From an uncultured Actinomycetes bacterium (GTDB taxonomy: Bacteria > Actinomycetota > Thermoleophilia > RBG-16-64-13): 64,000 nucleotides of DNA. The position numbers and the translations under genes are program-made. Location: NCBI GenBank assembly GCA_963747275.1, contig CAVVEI010000014.1, positions 159,047 through 223,046 of the forward strand, given 5' to 3'. Numbering within the stretch: the first letter of the stretch is position 1; each line of letters begins with the position of its first letter. The notes below the pieces were generated by a model. It worked only from the letters and a program-made list of their open reading frames with translations. It did no database searches and had not been told where the DNA came from. Positions 9,240 to 21,393 of this stretch are shown here, in pieces.

Positions 9240-11555
9240 TCAAGCAGGTGCCTCCTCAGCGGTGGCGCTGGAGGTAACGGGCGCCTCGGTCGCGGTCGCG
9301 GCAGCCTTCGTGGTCCGCGCGGCGCGAGGCTTGGCCGCGGCGGTCTTGGCGCGAGTGGCCGTCTTCGCGGCTGTGGTGGTCTTCTTGGCGGGGGCCTTCT
9401 TGGCCGCGGCGTGGTCTTTTTCGCGGGGGCCTTCTTCGCAGGTGTCTTGGCCGCGGCGGTGGCCTTCGCCCCCTTGCCCTTGGGGCCCGGTGGTCTTGCC
9501 CGCCGCCAGCCGAGCCGCCTGCTTCTCTCTGTACTCGGCCTTGGTGGGGCAGTAGGGGTCGAGACAGAGTATCCAGGGGCGACGCCCGCCCAATACCTTG
9601 ATCTTGGGGGTGCCACACTGCGGGCAGATGTCGTCGGTGCCTATGATGTCGCCGCGCTGCGGCAGCGGATAGGTCTGGTCGCAATCCGGGTAGCCCTCGC
9701 AGCCCACGAAGCGCTTCTTGGTGGCCTTCGATCGTATGATCCTTATCTTGTGCGTGCCGCACTTGGGACAGTCACCCAGGATGCGGTCGTCGGTGATGCC
9801 CTCGTAGATCTTGGCCGCCACCGCTTCTTTGTTGGTCTCCAGCGACCCATAGGCCTGGCGCAACAGATCGCGCGAGATGGTCACCACCTCTTCTTTGGTG
9901 AGGTCGCGCATGGAGATGAGGTCCATGTCCTTCTCCAGCTCGGCGGTCATCTCGGGTGAAGCGATGCGGGGAGCGAACTCCTGCAGGGCCTCGGCCATCT
10001 TCATGCCCATGGAGGTTGGCTCCACAGGGTTGCCGTGCACGTAGCCCCGGTCGTACAGGTTCTGGATGATGGCGTGCCGCGTGGCCTTGGTGCCCAGGTT
10101 GTGCTTCTCCATGAGCTCTATCAGCGGGCCCTGGCCGTAGCGAGCGGGGGGCTGGGTCTCCTTGGCCTCGAACTGCTTGTCGACCAGCTCCACCTGATCG
10201 CCTTCGTGCAGCAGGGGCAGCTCCTGAGTCCTTCTGGCGACCGTAGGAGTAGTAGTCCAGCCATCCTGGCGATGACCACCCGGCTGCCGCGCGCGAAGAA
10301 GGGCTCGCCGCTGACTGTGAGGTCGATGCGGTTGGACTCCATCACGGCCTCGTCGGCCAAGGTGGCCAGGAAGCGCCGGGCCATCAGCTCGTAGATACGC
10401 CACTCCCTGTCGCCCAACTCGCCCCGCTTCGGACCCCCGGTGGGGTAGATGGGCGGATGGTCGGTGGTGCGCTTGTCGCCCCGGCTGGGACGAAGCTCAG
10501 AGCGACCGAGCAGCTCGCCCGCCTCGCGCCCGAACTCGCCTTGGGCCAGGATGTCCAGGGTCTCGCGCAGGTCGAGAGACGACGGGTAGACGGTGTTGTC
10601 GGTGCGCGGATAGCTGATGTGCCCGGCCATGTAGAGGTCTTCGGCGATGCGCATGACCGCACAGGCGCTGTAGCCCAGTGACGTGGCTGCGCTGGTGAAG
10701 CTGGTGGTGTTGAACGGCGCAGGCCGAGGGACCTTGCGCGAGGTCTGCTTGACCGCGGTGACCTGGCCGGGCGTGGCCAGCTTCTCGAACACGGCGGAGG
10801 CCTTGGCTTGGTCGCTGAACCGCTCTTCTTTGTGGACGGCCCCGAACCGCTGCCCGTCGGCCTGCACCTCGATCTTGACCACCCAGAACGGCTCCGAGAC
10901 GAAGGCCTTGCGCTCCCTCTCCCGTTCGGCCACCAGCACCAGGGTGGGAGACTGCACCCGCCCCACGCTGAGGAACGAGCTGCCCAGACGCGAGGTGGCC
11001 AGCGACACGAAGCGCGTAAGCGTCGCTCCCCAGATGAGGTCTATGTCTTGCCGGGCCTCGCCCGCCCGCGCCAGAGGCTCGGACAACTGGTCCAGATGCG
11101 TCGAAGGCCTTGTTTATCTCCCCTGGCGTGAGAGCCGAGAACCTCGCCCGCTTGACCCCGCGAACCAGCTTGGGATTCTCCTCCACGGCAAGATTGAGAG
11201 CCTCCAGACCGATCAGCTCGCCCTCGCGGTCGTAGTCGGTCGCGATTATGAGCGAGTCGGCCTGCGCTGCCAGCTTCTTGACCGCGCGCACCACCGACTT
11301 CGCCGTCTCGGTCTTGACCAGCGGAGCGTCGATGAGCGTGCGTGGCTCTACCTTGCGCCACTCCGAGTACTCGGGGGGAAAGTCCACCTGCACCACATGC
11401 CCCTTGAGACCGACCACCGAGGTCTCCTGGCCCTCTGCGTCACTGAAGGTGTAGAAGTCGACCTTCAGATACGAATCGTGCTTGACTCCGCCCCCGGCGA
11501 GGATGCCCGCGATCTTCTTCGCGGCGTCGTTCTTCTCAGTGATGATGAGTTGCAA
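9240..11555 (-). CDS. topA: Type IA DNA topoisomerase (TopA-like; C4 zinc ribbons and Lys/Ala-rich tail), frameshifted at least twice
   Basis: N-terminal [25 protein letters not shown]...TDYDREGE. Middle catalytic region [11 protein letters not shown]...HISYPRTDN in a second frame (10121-11086). C-terminus with CPKCG/CPQCG zinc ribbons and a KKAPAKK tail in a third frame (9240-10403). Confidence 0.75.
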
Positions 11556-11639
11556 ACGGGATCTCCTAGCGCACCAGAGTGAGCAGCTTCGCGGGGAACA
11601 ATAGCACGCCTATGACCTGCCCGAGCCCGACAACCGGAC

Positions 11640-11975
11640 TCAGCTGGCCGAGAGAGCATCCTCCAGTTGCGGGTGGATGGAGAACACCCCGTCAAAGCCG
11701 GTGATGCGAAAGATCTTGAGCAAGAACGGATCGTTGACCACGAGTCTGAAGTCACCACCGTTTGCCTGAGAGAGCTGCAGAGCGCCGACCAAGACTCCCA
11801 GCGCCGTGGAATCGATGAACTGTACACCCGAGAGGTCCAGGGCCACCCGGGCACCGCCGGCCATCGCCTGCTCCAGGGTCTCCTTGAGACGAGGAGCTGT
11901 GTACACGTCAAGATCTCCGCCGACCTTGACTACGGTGGCCTCGCCCTTCGTTTCGCTGGTGATGGACAGACTCAA
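11640..11975 (-). CDS. STAS-domain anti-sigma-factor antagonist (SpoIIAA-like)
   Basis: 111 aa, VALDLSGVQFIDSTALGVLVGAL, typical STAS fold signature. Confidence 0.7.
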   Translation of the reverse strand: MSLSITSETKGEATVVKVGGDLDVYTAPRLKETLEQAMAGGARVALDLSGVQFIDSTALGVLVGALQLSQANGGDFRLVVNDPFLLKIFRITGFDGVFSIHPQLEDALSAS

Positions 11976-12043
11976 GCGCTCCCTTTCGTCTCGGCCGCCA
12001 TCTCAGTATATACGCGTGGGCCGGATTTTTTCCTCCGCACGGT

Positions 12044-12739
12044 TCACTTGGTGGTGGTCGTCGCAGAAGAGGTACTGGTGGTGCCACTCACAGTCGTGGT
12101 GGTAGGCGCCGCCGTCGTGGTCGTGCTCGGGGCCATCATCTTGTCGAGTTCAGTCCTGACGGTGGAGGCAAGCTTGCCGTCGGGGGCCAACTCCAGGTAC
12201 TTCTGCCAGGCCAGTATGGCTTCACCCGTCCTGCCGGCCGCCCTCTGGGCGCGACCCAGATAGAAGTACACGTCGGGATTGTCCGGGTCTACGGAGGTGG
12301 CCTCGTTGAGTATCTGGGCCGCTTCGGAGTATGAGCCCATGTCGATGTACAACTTACCCAGGTCGAGATAGACATCCTTGAGGCTGGGGTCGGTCTCCAG
12401 CGCCTGCTTCATGTAGGTCGCAGAGCTGTCGGCGTTCTCGGTGCTGGTGCCCTGGCTGGCGTTGAAAAGACTCTTGTAGTAGTCGGCGATCTCGAGCATG
12501 AGGTCGGTGTTGGAGGGATCGGCGGCTAAGGAGTCGAGCAACGTCTGCAGCTTGTCCGGCGTGGTCGCGGTCTCATCGACGCTGCTCTCTGTGCAGCCCC
12601 CTTCGAAGATCTCAGAGAGGTTGAATCCCGCCCCTCCGTAGCCGATGCCCAAGAACAAGAAGCTAAGGGCAAAGACGATGGCCAGCCCCAGGGCGATCCA
12701 TTTGGCCCATTTGCGGATCCTCTTTCGGTCGAGCAGCAA
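12044..12739 (-). CDS. Tetratricopeptide-repeat protein with N-terminal TM anchor and Thr-rich C-terminus
   Basis: TM helix IALGLAIVFALSFLFLGIGYG, then TPR-like helices (YYKSLF..., YLDLGKLYIDMGSYSEAAQ..., YFYLGRAQRAAGRTGEAILAWQKYLE). Confidence 0.6.
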   Translation of the reverse strand: MLLDRKRIRKWAKWIALGLAIVFALSFLFLGIGYGGAGFNLSEIFEGGCTESSVDETATTPDKLQTLLDSLAADPSNTDLMLEIADYYKSLFNASQGTSTENADSSATYMKQALETDPSLKDVYLDLGKLYIDMGSYSEAAQILNEATSVDPDNPDVYFYLGRAQRAAGRTGEAILAWQKYLELAPDGKLASTVRTELDKMMAPSTTTTAAPTTTTVSGTTSTSSATTTTK

Positions 12740-12852
12740 CGCGGTCTCCTCACTTAGTGCACTAGAGCACGACTCTTACAGATTATGCCGCACACATGAC
12801 CGTGCCGCCACTAGTCGCGACGGCGCCTTAAGACTGTCTCACGCCCACGACT

Positions 12853-15800
12853 CTAGTAGTAGGTCAAGAAACAGAGGATGGAACGGGCAAGCCCCGCCAC
12901 CAGCTTGTCCTGGTAGGCATCGGTGGCCAGCAAGGCGTCCTCGGCGGGATTCGTCATCAGGCCTATTTCGGGGAGAATCACCGGCACGTCCGACCAGTTG
13001 AAACCGGACAGGTCACTGCGTGCGCTCAGGCCCCGACTCTTGGCCCCAGTGTCTTTGAGCATCTCCTGCAGGGCTATGGTGGCTGCGCGCAGCGACTCCG
13101 CGGCTATGTCGTCTGTCCAGCCGCTTATGGTGGCCGGATAGAGCATCAAGATGCCGTTGACCGCGGGGTCGGTGGCCCCGTCGGCGTGTATGCGCACGAA
13201 AAGATCGGCCTCGGACTCGTTGGCAAGCTGAGCCCGCTCGGCGTTTGAGATGTTCACATCTTGCGTCTCACGGGTCATGACCACCTCGATACCGCGGCTC
13301 TTCAGCACGTCGCGCAACTTCAAAGCGATCTCGAGCACCAGGGCACTCTCGGGAGAGCCCGTGTTGACGCTGGTGGTACCTGCGCTGACCTTGGCTTTCA
13401 TAGTGGTAGAGCCGGGCCCGACAGGCTCGAGCGAGTTGTTGGCCTGCAACTGATGACCGGGGTCGATCACCACCACCTTCGACGCCGACTTGAGCACCGC
13501 GGCCGTCGCCGGAGTCAGAGTGCCCTCTATCTCCACGGCGTCCATGCACAGGTTGGTGTCGGTGGCATATCTGTTCCTGCCCCAGCTCCACTGTATGGTG
13601 AGAGTATGTGGACCGCCCGGTAGGATACCGCTGTTCCAGACCCGCTGTTGAAAGACCTCGGTGCCGTTGTAGAGGTCGACCGTGACCGGTGCTGCTCCGT
13701 CCAAGGAGACCATGGCCTTGCCGTACACGGTGCTCTTCTTGGTGATCCAGGCTATGTAGGTGCCGTCGAAGCTCACGGTGACCGAGGAGCCTGGAGTGTT
13801 TGTGTAGACCGAGCGGCCGCCGGAGGAGAAGAGACCGCCCCATGAGTTCTGCTGCCAGGTGCCCGCGTACGCTATCCCGCTTGCGTTCTCCTCGTACCTG
13901 TTGAGGCTGGGCGCCTGGATCAACTCGCCGGCGATATCGAAAGCGTCGACCCCGATATTGTAGTCGGTGGCAGCCGAGTTCTTCGTCCCGGTCCACTCGA
14001 TGATGAGGGTGTGATCGCCTGCAGCCAACACGCCCGTCTCGTAGACGGTCTGCTGGAACAGTTGGGTCGTACTGTGTAGGTCCACCAGCACCGGGGCCTT
14101 GTCGTCCAGGGTGACCTTGGCTATGCCGTAGACACTGGACTTCTTCGCCACCCAGTTCAAGGACGTCCCGTTGAAGCCCACCACAAGCTTGGCGGCCGAG
14201 TTGGCGTAGGTGGCGTCGCCTGCGGAGTTGGCCGGGTCGGTAGTAGAGCCCCAGATCGCCCACGTAGCCCAGTCTGGAGTCGGTCTGCTCGTAGCGATTT
14301 GTCGTCGCCGGGGGAATATCCACTACATTGACGAGTTGACCGAGAACGTCGAAGGCGTCGACGGAGATCGCCGTACCGCTGGCGGAGGCGCTCTTCGTGC
14401 CCCTCCACTCAACAGTCATGGTGTGGATGCCCTTGGGCAAGAGCCCCGTGCTATACACTCCCCGCTTGTAGACAGTGGTCGCGCTGTAGAGGTCCACAAT
14501 CACCGGCGTGCCGCCATCGAGGGTCACCCTGGCCCTGCCGTACTGCGGGGCCTTCTTGGCGATCCAAGCCAGGTACGTCCCGTCGAAGCTCACCGCGACC
14601 TTGGACGCAGAATCCGAGTAGACGTAGTTGCCAAGAGAGGACAGCCACGTGTACACCCTGCGCCAAGCGCCCGTGTAGGCCAAGTGTGGGTCAGTCTGCT
14701 GATAGCGCACGGGCCCGGGAGACTGCACCAGCGAACCGACGAGATCGAAGGCGTCGACCGTGATATTGGACCCAGTGGCAGAAGCGTTCTTGGTGCCGGT
14801 CCATTCTATTGTCACCGTATGTTCGGCCGGGCTCAGCAGCCCGGTGTTCCAGATGTCCTGTTGTGACTTGGCGACCGAGCTGTAAAGGTCGGCCGTGACC
14901 GGCGTTCCATCATCCACGGTGATCTTCGCGATGCCATAGTGCGGAGCCTTATCACCGATCCACGCCAGATAACTACCGTTGAACTTGACGGTCATCAGAC
15001 TCGGGGAGTTCGACCAGCGGTGGCTGCCGCCGGATTCGCTACTCGCGCTCGCATAGCTCCAAGAGCCCGCCGTACCGAGCATTGCGTTGTTGTCTTGATA
15101 GCGAGTGTACGGTGAGACGATGCGTCTTGCACTCACGAAGCTCGACCTGAAGACGTTCTCGATAGTGACCAGGTCACCGCTGCGCGGAGCGTTTATCATG
15201 AGCCCGCCACCGACGTAGATGCCCACGTGGCTGATGGGAGTGGAGAAGAACACCAGGTCTCCGGGCAGCAGTTTGTCCTTGCTCACCGCGGTGCCGTATC
15301 CGGCCTGAGCGCGTGAGTAGTGAGGCAAGGTGACACCCAGCTTCTTGTAGACGTACATCGTGAGCCCCGAGCAGTCGAACCCACCGCTGGGGGTGGAGCC
15401 CGCCCAGACGTAGGGCACTCCCAGGTACTTGAGCGCTTCGGTGACCACTTTGTCTCCGGGCAGAGCCAGACCGCCATCCACGAATCTGAACACGTCCTTG
15501 ACCGTGGCCGGGCTGCGGTTCCAGTAGTTGTGGACTATGACCTCGGCCGGCCCGGTCCCAGCGGCCTGGGGGGTCGCGAGGATGGTGAGCTGCGTCGCGC
15601 GAGTCGGCCTTCCAGTCTGCGGCAGGTACAGTCGTCTTGCCCAGGATCACGGAGCTCGCCGTGTCCAGCCCGGTGCCGGTCACCGTCACTCTGGTCCCCC
15701 CGGTCACAGGCCCGCTGCTGGGGGTCACCGCGGTGATCTTCGGACTGTTGACGCTCTTGATCTGCCGCACGATCGCCCAAGAGAGACCGACGACGTCGAC

Positions 15801-16767
15801 CTCGGAGATGTCTCTGCCATGGTTCTTCATGAAGGTCGTCGTGCCACTGGGCATGCCATTGTAGGGGGAGAGGACCAGCACCCCATCGTCGGCGGCGACG
15901 TAGGCAGCCACGACCTGCCCGGTGGTGCGGTCATAGGCCTCGGTGACACCCACCCGACTGAAGCTCGAGTAGCCCTGAGATACCGCGTACTCCGCAGTCC
16001 TCGCGCAGAGGCTGAAGCGACCGTCAGGGTCGGAGCTCGAGACAGTGCCGGTCAGGGTCTTCTCAACAGCAAAGCCGCTGATGCCCGGATCGAGCGTGGT
16101 GCCCACGCATATGCCCGTGGTGGCACCCAGTTCTGAGATGGCATCGGCCGACGCCTGCGGGAACGGACCGGCGGTGGGCGTGAGGAGGATGGGCCAGCCA
16201 TTGGCGGCCGCCATGGCGGCCCCGGCCAGCAGGCCGCCGGAGTAGTCGGTAGGAACTATCACCACCCGAGCGACCGAGCCAAGCTTCACCTTCACCTGGC
16301 GGGCCACCAGGACTGCCGTCTCCACAGCGGTGGCTCCGTCCAGGGTCACCACCTGCGGTCGCGGAGAGAGCCCGGCCAGCGCAGCGTCCAGTTGCGCCGC
16401 CACAGTGGCCGGTATCCCCACGACGTACACCGTCGAGGGCTTGAGGCGCTTGATCTCGGCGACAACACTGGTGGAAATACTGGACGCACCTGACAGAAGC
16501 AGGGGCCCGCCGTACGCTTGGGCCAGCACGCCGGCCCCGGACATCTTGGCCCAATCGTCGGCGTTGGCTACCACCGCCGCAGGCGCGCCGCTCGGATAGG
16601 CCTTGCCCGAGAGCGTTATGGCATTGCCGACAGCAGTGCCGACCGAGGTCGAGGTGTTGGTCGAATAGAAAGTGGTCGCGAAGACCGGCCCTGAGACCAG
16701 AGCATAGGCCGCGAGGAACGATGAGCACGCCAAGCAGCGCGCATAGAGTTCTCTTGGTCAGGCGCAT
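12853..16767 (-). CDS. Multidomain secreted peptidoglycan hydrolase (~1300 aa reconstructed; frameshifts near 16735, 15600, 14230). Domains: signal peptide, 3x CWB2, IPT/TIG, NlpC/P60 endopeptidase, 6x ~110-aa beta repeat, Amidase_3
   Basis: RBS GGAGGG. MTMRLTKRTLCALLGVLI... then (shift) ...ALVSGPVFA/TT cleavage site. Three CWB2 repeats (VVANADDWAKMSGAGVLAQAYGGPLLLSGA...VYVVG). IPT (ITAVTPSSGPVTGGTRVTVTGTG...) continues in a second frame into NlpC/P60 (GVPYVWAGSTPSGGFDCSGL...HVGIYVG). Repeats with GTYLAWIAKK...VDLY...HT.TIEW.GTK...VDAFD. C-terminal MurNAc-L-Ala amidase (VVVIDPGHQ...LFVRIHADG...LPEIGLMTN). The three ORF-track pieces 15174-16733, 13268-15493 and 12853-14184 join seamlessly once single-base shifts are allowed. 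Confidence 0.7.
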
Positions 16768-16923
16768 CGTCATCCCTCCACCGATGACCCGGCCGCAAAG
16801 ACGCGAAGAGCCAGATGCATGTGGCTCTTCGCCGAGCCCGAGCCTAGTGTTCATATCAGTCTTCGCCGCTGGGTAGAGAAAACCTCGCCTACCTGCCCGG
16901 TCGCACTGTACTCGCTGTCGTAT

Positions 16924-18405
16924 CTATCGGCAGAAATGCCCGGGTAGGATACCCCGGCATCGCGATATGGCCAACCCGAGGCGTCGACGCCGGTCTCTCA
17001 AGCCCAGTTTGGCGCGCACGGCGGCCACGCCTGCCGTGACCTCCTCCGGGATGCCGCGGCCGTCATACACGACCTCCCCGTCCACCATCGTCAGCCTGAC
17101 TGCCCCGTCCATGACCGCCTCGGCCAGCGTGTCCGTTGAGATGGGTCCCGACACCTCCGACGCCAGACCGACCACCGCCAAGTCCGCGCGCTTGCCTGGC
17201 TTCGAGACTGCCCACCAGGTCCTCCCATCCCAAAGCCCGGGCGCCATCCAGGGTGGCCATCTGCAGGACGGCGCCGGGCGTTAGCGGAGCAGCCCGCAGG
17301 TCCGGCGGAGCGGCCGCGGCGACTGCGCCCGCCGGGGCATCCGCCCCCGACTCACTTCGAGCGCGGCCCGCATCTCGGCCAGCATGTCCAGGCTGTCGTT
17401 GGAGGCGAGGCTGTCGGTGCCCAGGCCGACCGTGATGCCAGCCGCTCTCATCTCGGCCACCGGCGCCGCGCCGCAGCCCAGCCGCAGGTTCGATCGCGGA
17501 CAGTGCGCCACCGGCGTCGCGCTCTCGGCCAGGGTATCCAGATCGTCGCCCGTCCAGTTGCACCGCGTGCACGACCAGCACGTCGGGGCCCAGCGCGCCG
17601 GCGCCGGCCACATACTGCAGGGGGCGCATGCCGGAGGAGCTTCCACCTGCGCCCCGCGAGCAGGCCCATCGACCCTGTAGGCCAAGCCACGGGCCCGTGA
17701 CCCTCCGGCCATCAGCCGCACCTCGCTCTTAGACTCCGCCACGTGCGTGGCCATGCGGAGGCCTGCGCGGCGCGCATAGCTCGCCACCGCCCGATATAGC
17801 TCCTGAGACACCGTGTAGGTCGCATGCGGCGAGACACCCCATTCGACCTCCGGCGCCGGCGCCGCCCCCAGGCCGGCGCTCGCGAGGTCCGAGGCGGCTT
17901 CGCTTCGGCCCCGCGCAAGGCCCGCCTCAAGCCTCTCCATGGTCGCCTCGAGGCGCTCGTCGTCCAGCCCGAAGACCTCCAGGTACACGCGGGCCCGCAG
18001 CCCCACCGCTTGGGCGGCGCGCGCCACGGTGCCGCCCCCGTAAGAGGTGTCGGCGATGCTGGTCACTCCGTGACGCAGGCACTCGTGGGCTCCCCACAGG
18101 GCCGAGGCCGCCAGGTCGTCGGCGTCCAGCTTGTGTATGGCCCTGGTGAGCCGGATTATCCAGCGCATGAAGCCCCGCGAAGGCTCAAACCCATAGAAAG
18201 CTGAGTAGTCCAGGTGGGTGTGAGCGTTGACGAAGCCCGGCAACAGAGCGCACCCCGGATTCGCGCGGACCTCCTCGTCCGGATACCGCGCCCGCAGCTG
18301 CGCGGCGGGCCCCACCTCGACGATCGCCCCGTCCCTGACCAGCACCCCGCCCTCCGCGAGCGGCGGGCTGCTGACGGGGACCACCCAGTCGGCGGTCAGC
18401 AGCAT
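16924..18405 (-). CDS. Amidohydrolase (chlorohydrolase/deaminase family, SsnA/MtaD-like), with at least three frameshifts
   Basis: PGFVNAHTHLDYS metal-binding motif, ...HVAES..., the central piece (DDLDTLAESATPVAHCPRSNLRLG...GLGTDSLASND) is in frame with the 18405 ORF, whose preceding ~45 codons (~17560-17700) read out of frame; the C-terminus (GKRADLAVVGL...MVDGEVVYDG) is in a second frame (ORF 16924-17247). Confidence 0.65.
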
Positions 18406-18409
18406 GGGC

Positions 18410-19914
18410 TCAGGGCTGAATGGCGTCGAACGCGGCCACCGCCGCGTCCCACAGCCACGAGGGCACCAGGCCGATGACCAGGGTGGCCAAGGCGCTCAGC
18501 GAGAGAGCCGCCGCCATGCCGCCCGACATGGGCGCCATGCCCGCGGCGGCCTCTTCGGGCTCCTTGAAGAACATGTGCACTATCACGCGCAGGTAGTAGT
18601 AGGCGGAGACGGCGCTCATGAGCACGCCCACCAGGGCCAGCCACCACATGCCCGGCCCAGACCACGCCGCCGAACACGTAGAACTTGCCGATGAACCCCG
18701 CGGTGCCCGGTATGCCGGTGAGCGACAGCAAGAACAGCGAAAGCAGCGCCGCCATCCAGGGAGACCGCCTCCCCAGCCCGGCCAGCTGCTTGAGCGAGTA
18801 GTCGAACTTGTCGGAAGCCCCGGTCTTGAGGTGGGCGAGCACGCCGAAGGCCCCCAGGTTCATGGCGGTGTAGGCCACCAGATAGATGAGCACCCCGTAG
18901 CCCGCGCGGGGCTCGCCCGTCCAGCCCAGGGCGCCCAGGCCTGTGAGCAGGTAGCCGGCATGCGCGATAGACGAGTAGGCCAGCATCCGCTTCACGTTGG
19001 TCTGCACCAGGGCGTAGAGGTTGCCCACCAGCATGGTGACTATGGCGAGCACGATGAACAGCAGGCCCCACTCGCCACTGACCTCGGCGAACGCCGTGAC
19101 GAAGACGCACCATGAGCACCGAGAAGCCGGCCACCTTCGGCCCCACGGAGAAGAAGGCGGCTATCGGAGTGGGCGCCCCCTGGTAGACGTCGGGCGTCCA
19201 CATGTGGAAGGGAGCCGCCGAGACCTTGAAGGCCAGGCCGACCGCTATCAAGAAGGCGGCGAAGATCAGGCCCGAGGTGCTCACCGTGCTCCCGGTCGCC
19301 CCCGCGGCCACGAAGACCTGCTCATAGCCGGTGCTCCCCACCAGCCCGTAGACCAGCGAGATGCCGTACAGGGTGACGGCCGAGGCGAACGAGCCGGTGA
19401 CGAAGTACTTGAGCGACGACTCGTTGGACCGCACGCGGTATCTGAAGAAGGCCGCCAGCAGGTAGCTGCAGATGGCCATCAGCTCCAGGGCCACGTAGAA
19501 CACCACGAGGTCGCGGGCGGCAGCCATCAGATCCATGCCGACGACCGCGAACAGCACCAGCGCGTAGTACTCGCCCAGGTGGCGGCCGTGCGCCTGCAGG
19601 TAGGCGGGCGACATCAGCACGGCTACGGCGGCGCCCGCCGCGAAGAGCACGTTGAAGAAGACGGCCCAGGTGTCAGACACCAGGGTGCCCCCGAAGCCCG
19701 ACTCGCTGCCGTCCAGCATCCAGATCGACACCGCCGCCGAGGCCACCAGGCCCACCAGCGCGATCACCAGGCCGGCCGACCAGAGCCCCCGCCCCTCCTT
19801 CTCCTCTTTCGCGGCACCTTGCGGCCGGGCGAAGGCCTCGACCAGCAGGATGACGCAGGCCGCGAGCAGCAGCACGAGTTCGGGAGCGACTGTGATCAGA
19901 TCGACCGCCTTCAT
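18410..19914 (-). CDS. nuoN: NADH-quinone oxidoreductase subunit N (frameshift near C-terminus)
   Basis: MKAVDLITVAPELVLLLAACVILLVEAF... . C-terminal SAVSAYYYLRVIVHMF sits in a neighbouring frame (18410-18649). ATGA overlap with the nuoM end. Confidence 0.75.
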
Positions 19915-21393
19915 CTGAAGCTCCCCACCTGCGAGAGCAATCTCATTCACCGGGGCGTGCAGCAGGTTCAAGAAGGTGTCGGGATAGAGCCCTATCCAGA
20001 ACGCCAAAGCCACCAGCGGCACCAGGGTGACTATCTCGCGCACGCTCAGGTCTTTGAGCGAGGCCCACTTCTCGTTGGGCCCCTGGAACATGGTGCGCTG
20101 GTACATCCACAACAGATAGGCGGCGCTCAGCACCACTCCCACCGAGAGCAGCACGGCGAAGACCTTCGCGTACTGGAACACGCCCACCAGCACCAGGAAC
20201 TCGCTCACGAAGCCCGCCAGGCCCGGCAGGCCCAGGCTGCCGAGCACGAACAGGCTGAAGAAGGCCGCCGCCATCGGCATGGGCTTGGCCAGGCCCCCGT
20301 AGTCGGCTATCAGGCGAGTGTGGGTGCGGTCGTAGAAGAAGCCCACCATCATGAAGAGGGCGCCCGTGAGTATGCCGTGGCTGACCATCTGCAGGATGGA
20401 GCCCTCGACCGCCTGCTGGTTGAAGGCGAAGAGTCCCGCGGTGACGAACCCCATGTGGCTGACCGACGAGTAGGCCACCAGCCGCTTCATGTCGGGCTGC
20501 ACCAGCGACATGGCCGCGCCGTAGATGACCGCTATGGCCGACAGGATGAGCACCGGCACCATGGCCTTGACCGCCACCTCGGGAAAGAACCCGATGCAGA
20601 AGCGGATCATGCCGTAGACGCCCATCTTGAGTAGCACGCCGGCCAGGATCACCGAGCCCGCGGTGGGCGCCTCGGTGTGGGCGTCGGGCAACCAGGTGTG
20701 CACCGGGAACATGGGCACCTTGATGGCGAAGGCCACGAAGAAGGCGATGAACGCCCAGATGGCCAGCGAGCCCGCTGAAGCCCGCCTGCTGCAGCGTGAG
20801 GATGTCGAAGGTGGCGGACATACCGGGCCGCGTGGCGTAGGTCCACACCACCGCCAAGATGGCCACCAGCATCAGCACCGAGCCCACGAAGGTGAACAAG
20901 AAGAACTTGATCGCCGCGTAGACGCGGCGTGCGCCTCCCCAGATGCCGATGATGAAGTACATGGGGATGAGCTGGACCTCCCAGAACACGTAGAACAGGA
21001 AGAGGTCCATGGATACGAAGACCCCCAGCATGCCCGTCTCCAGCACCAGGAGGCTGGCGAAGAAGGCCAGGCCCCGGTCCTTGATCGAGTTCCACGAGCC
21101 CAGGATGGCCACCACCGAGAGCAGGGCGGTGAGCAGCACCAGGAGCAGCGAGATGCCGTCCACGCCCAGGTGGTAGCGGATGCCCAGGCTGCTTATCCAG
21201 CTGTAGTCTTCTTGGAACTGGTAGGCCGCGGTGCCGCTGTCGAACATCGCGAAGAGGTAGATGGCCATGCCCAGGGTGAGCAGGCTGGTGACCAGAGCGG
21301 TCGATCTTGTAGGCCCGCGGCCGTCCGCGCATGAAGAGCAGCATGACCAGCGGCGCCGAGCAGCGGCAGGAAGGTGAGGATGGTGAGTCTCAC
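19911..21393 (-). CDS. nuoM: NADH-quinone oxidoreductase subunit M (at least three frameshifts)
   Basis: GTG start VRLTILTFLPLLGA overlaps the nuoL stop (GTGA). MAIYLFAMFDSG... . C-terminal half AFAIKVPMFPVHTWLPDAHTEAPTAGS is in the 20736 frame. Confidence 0.7.
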
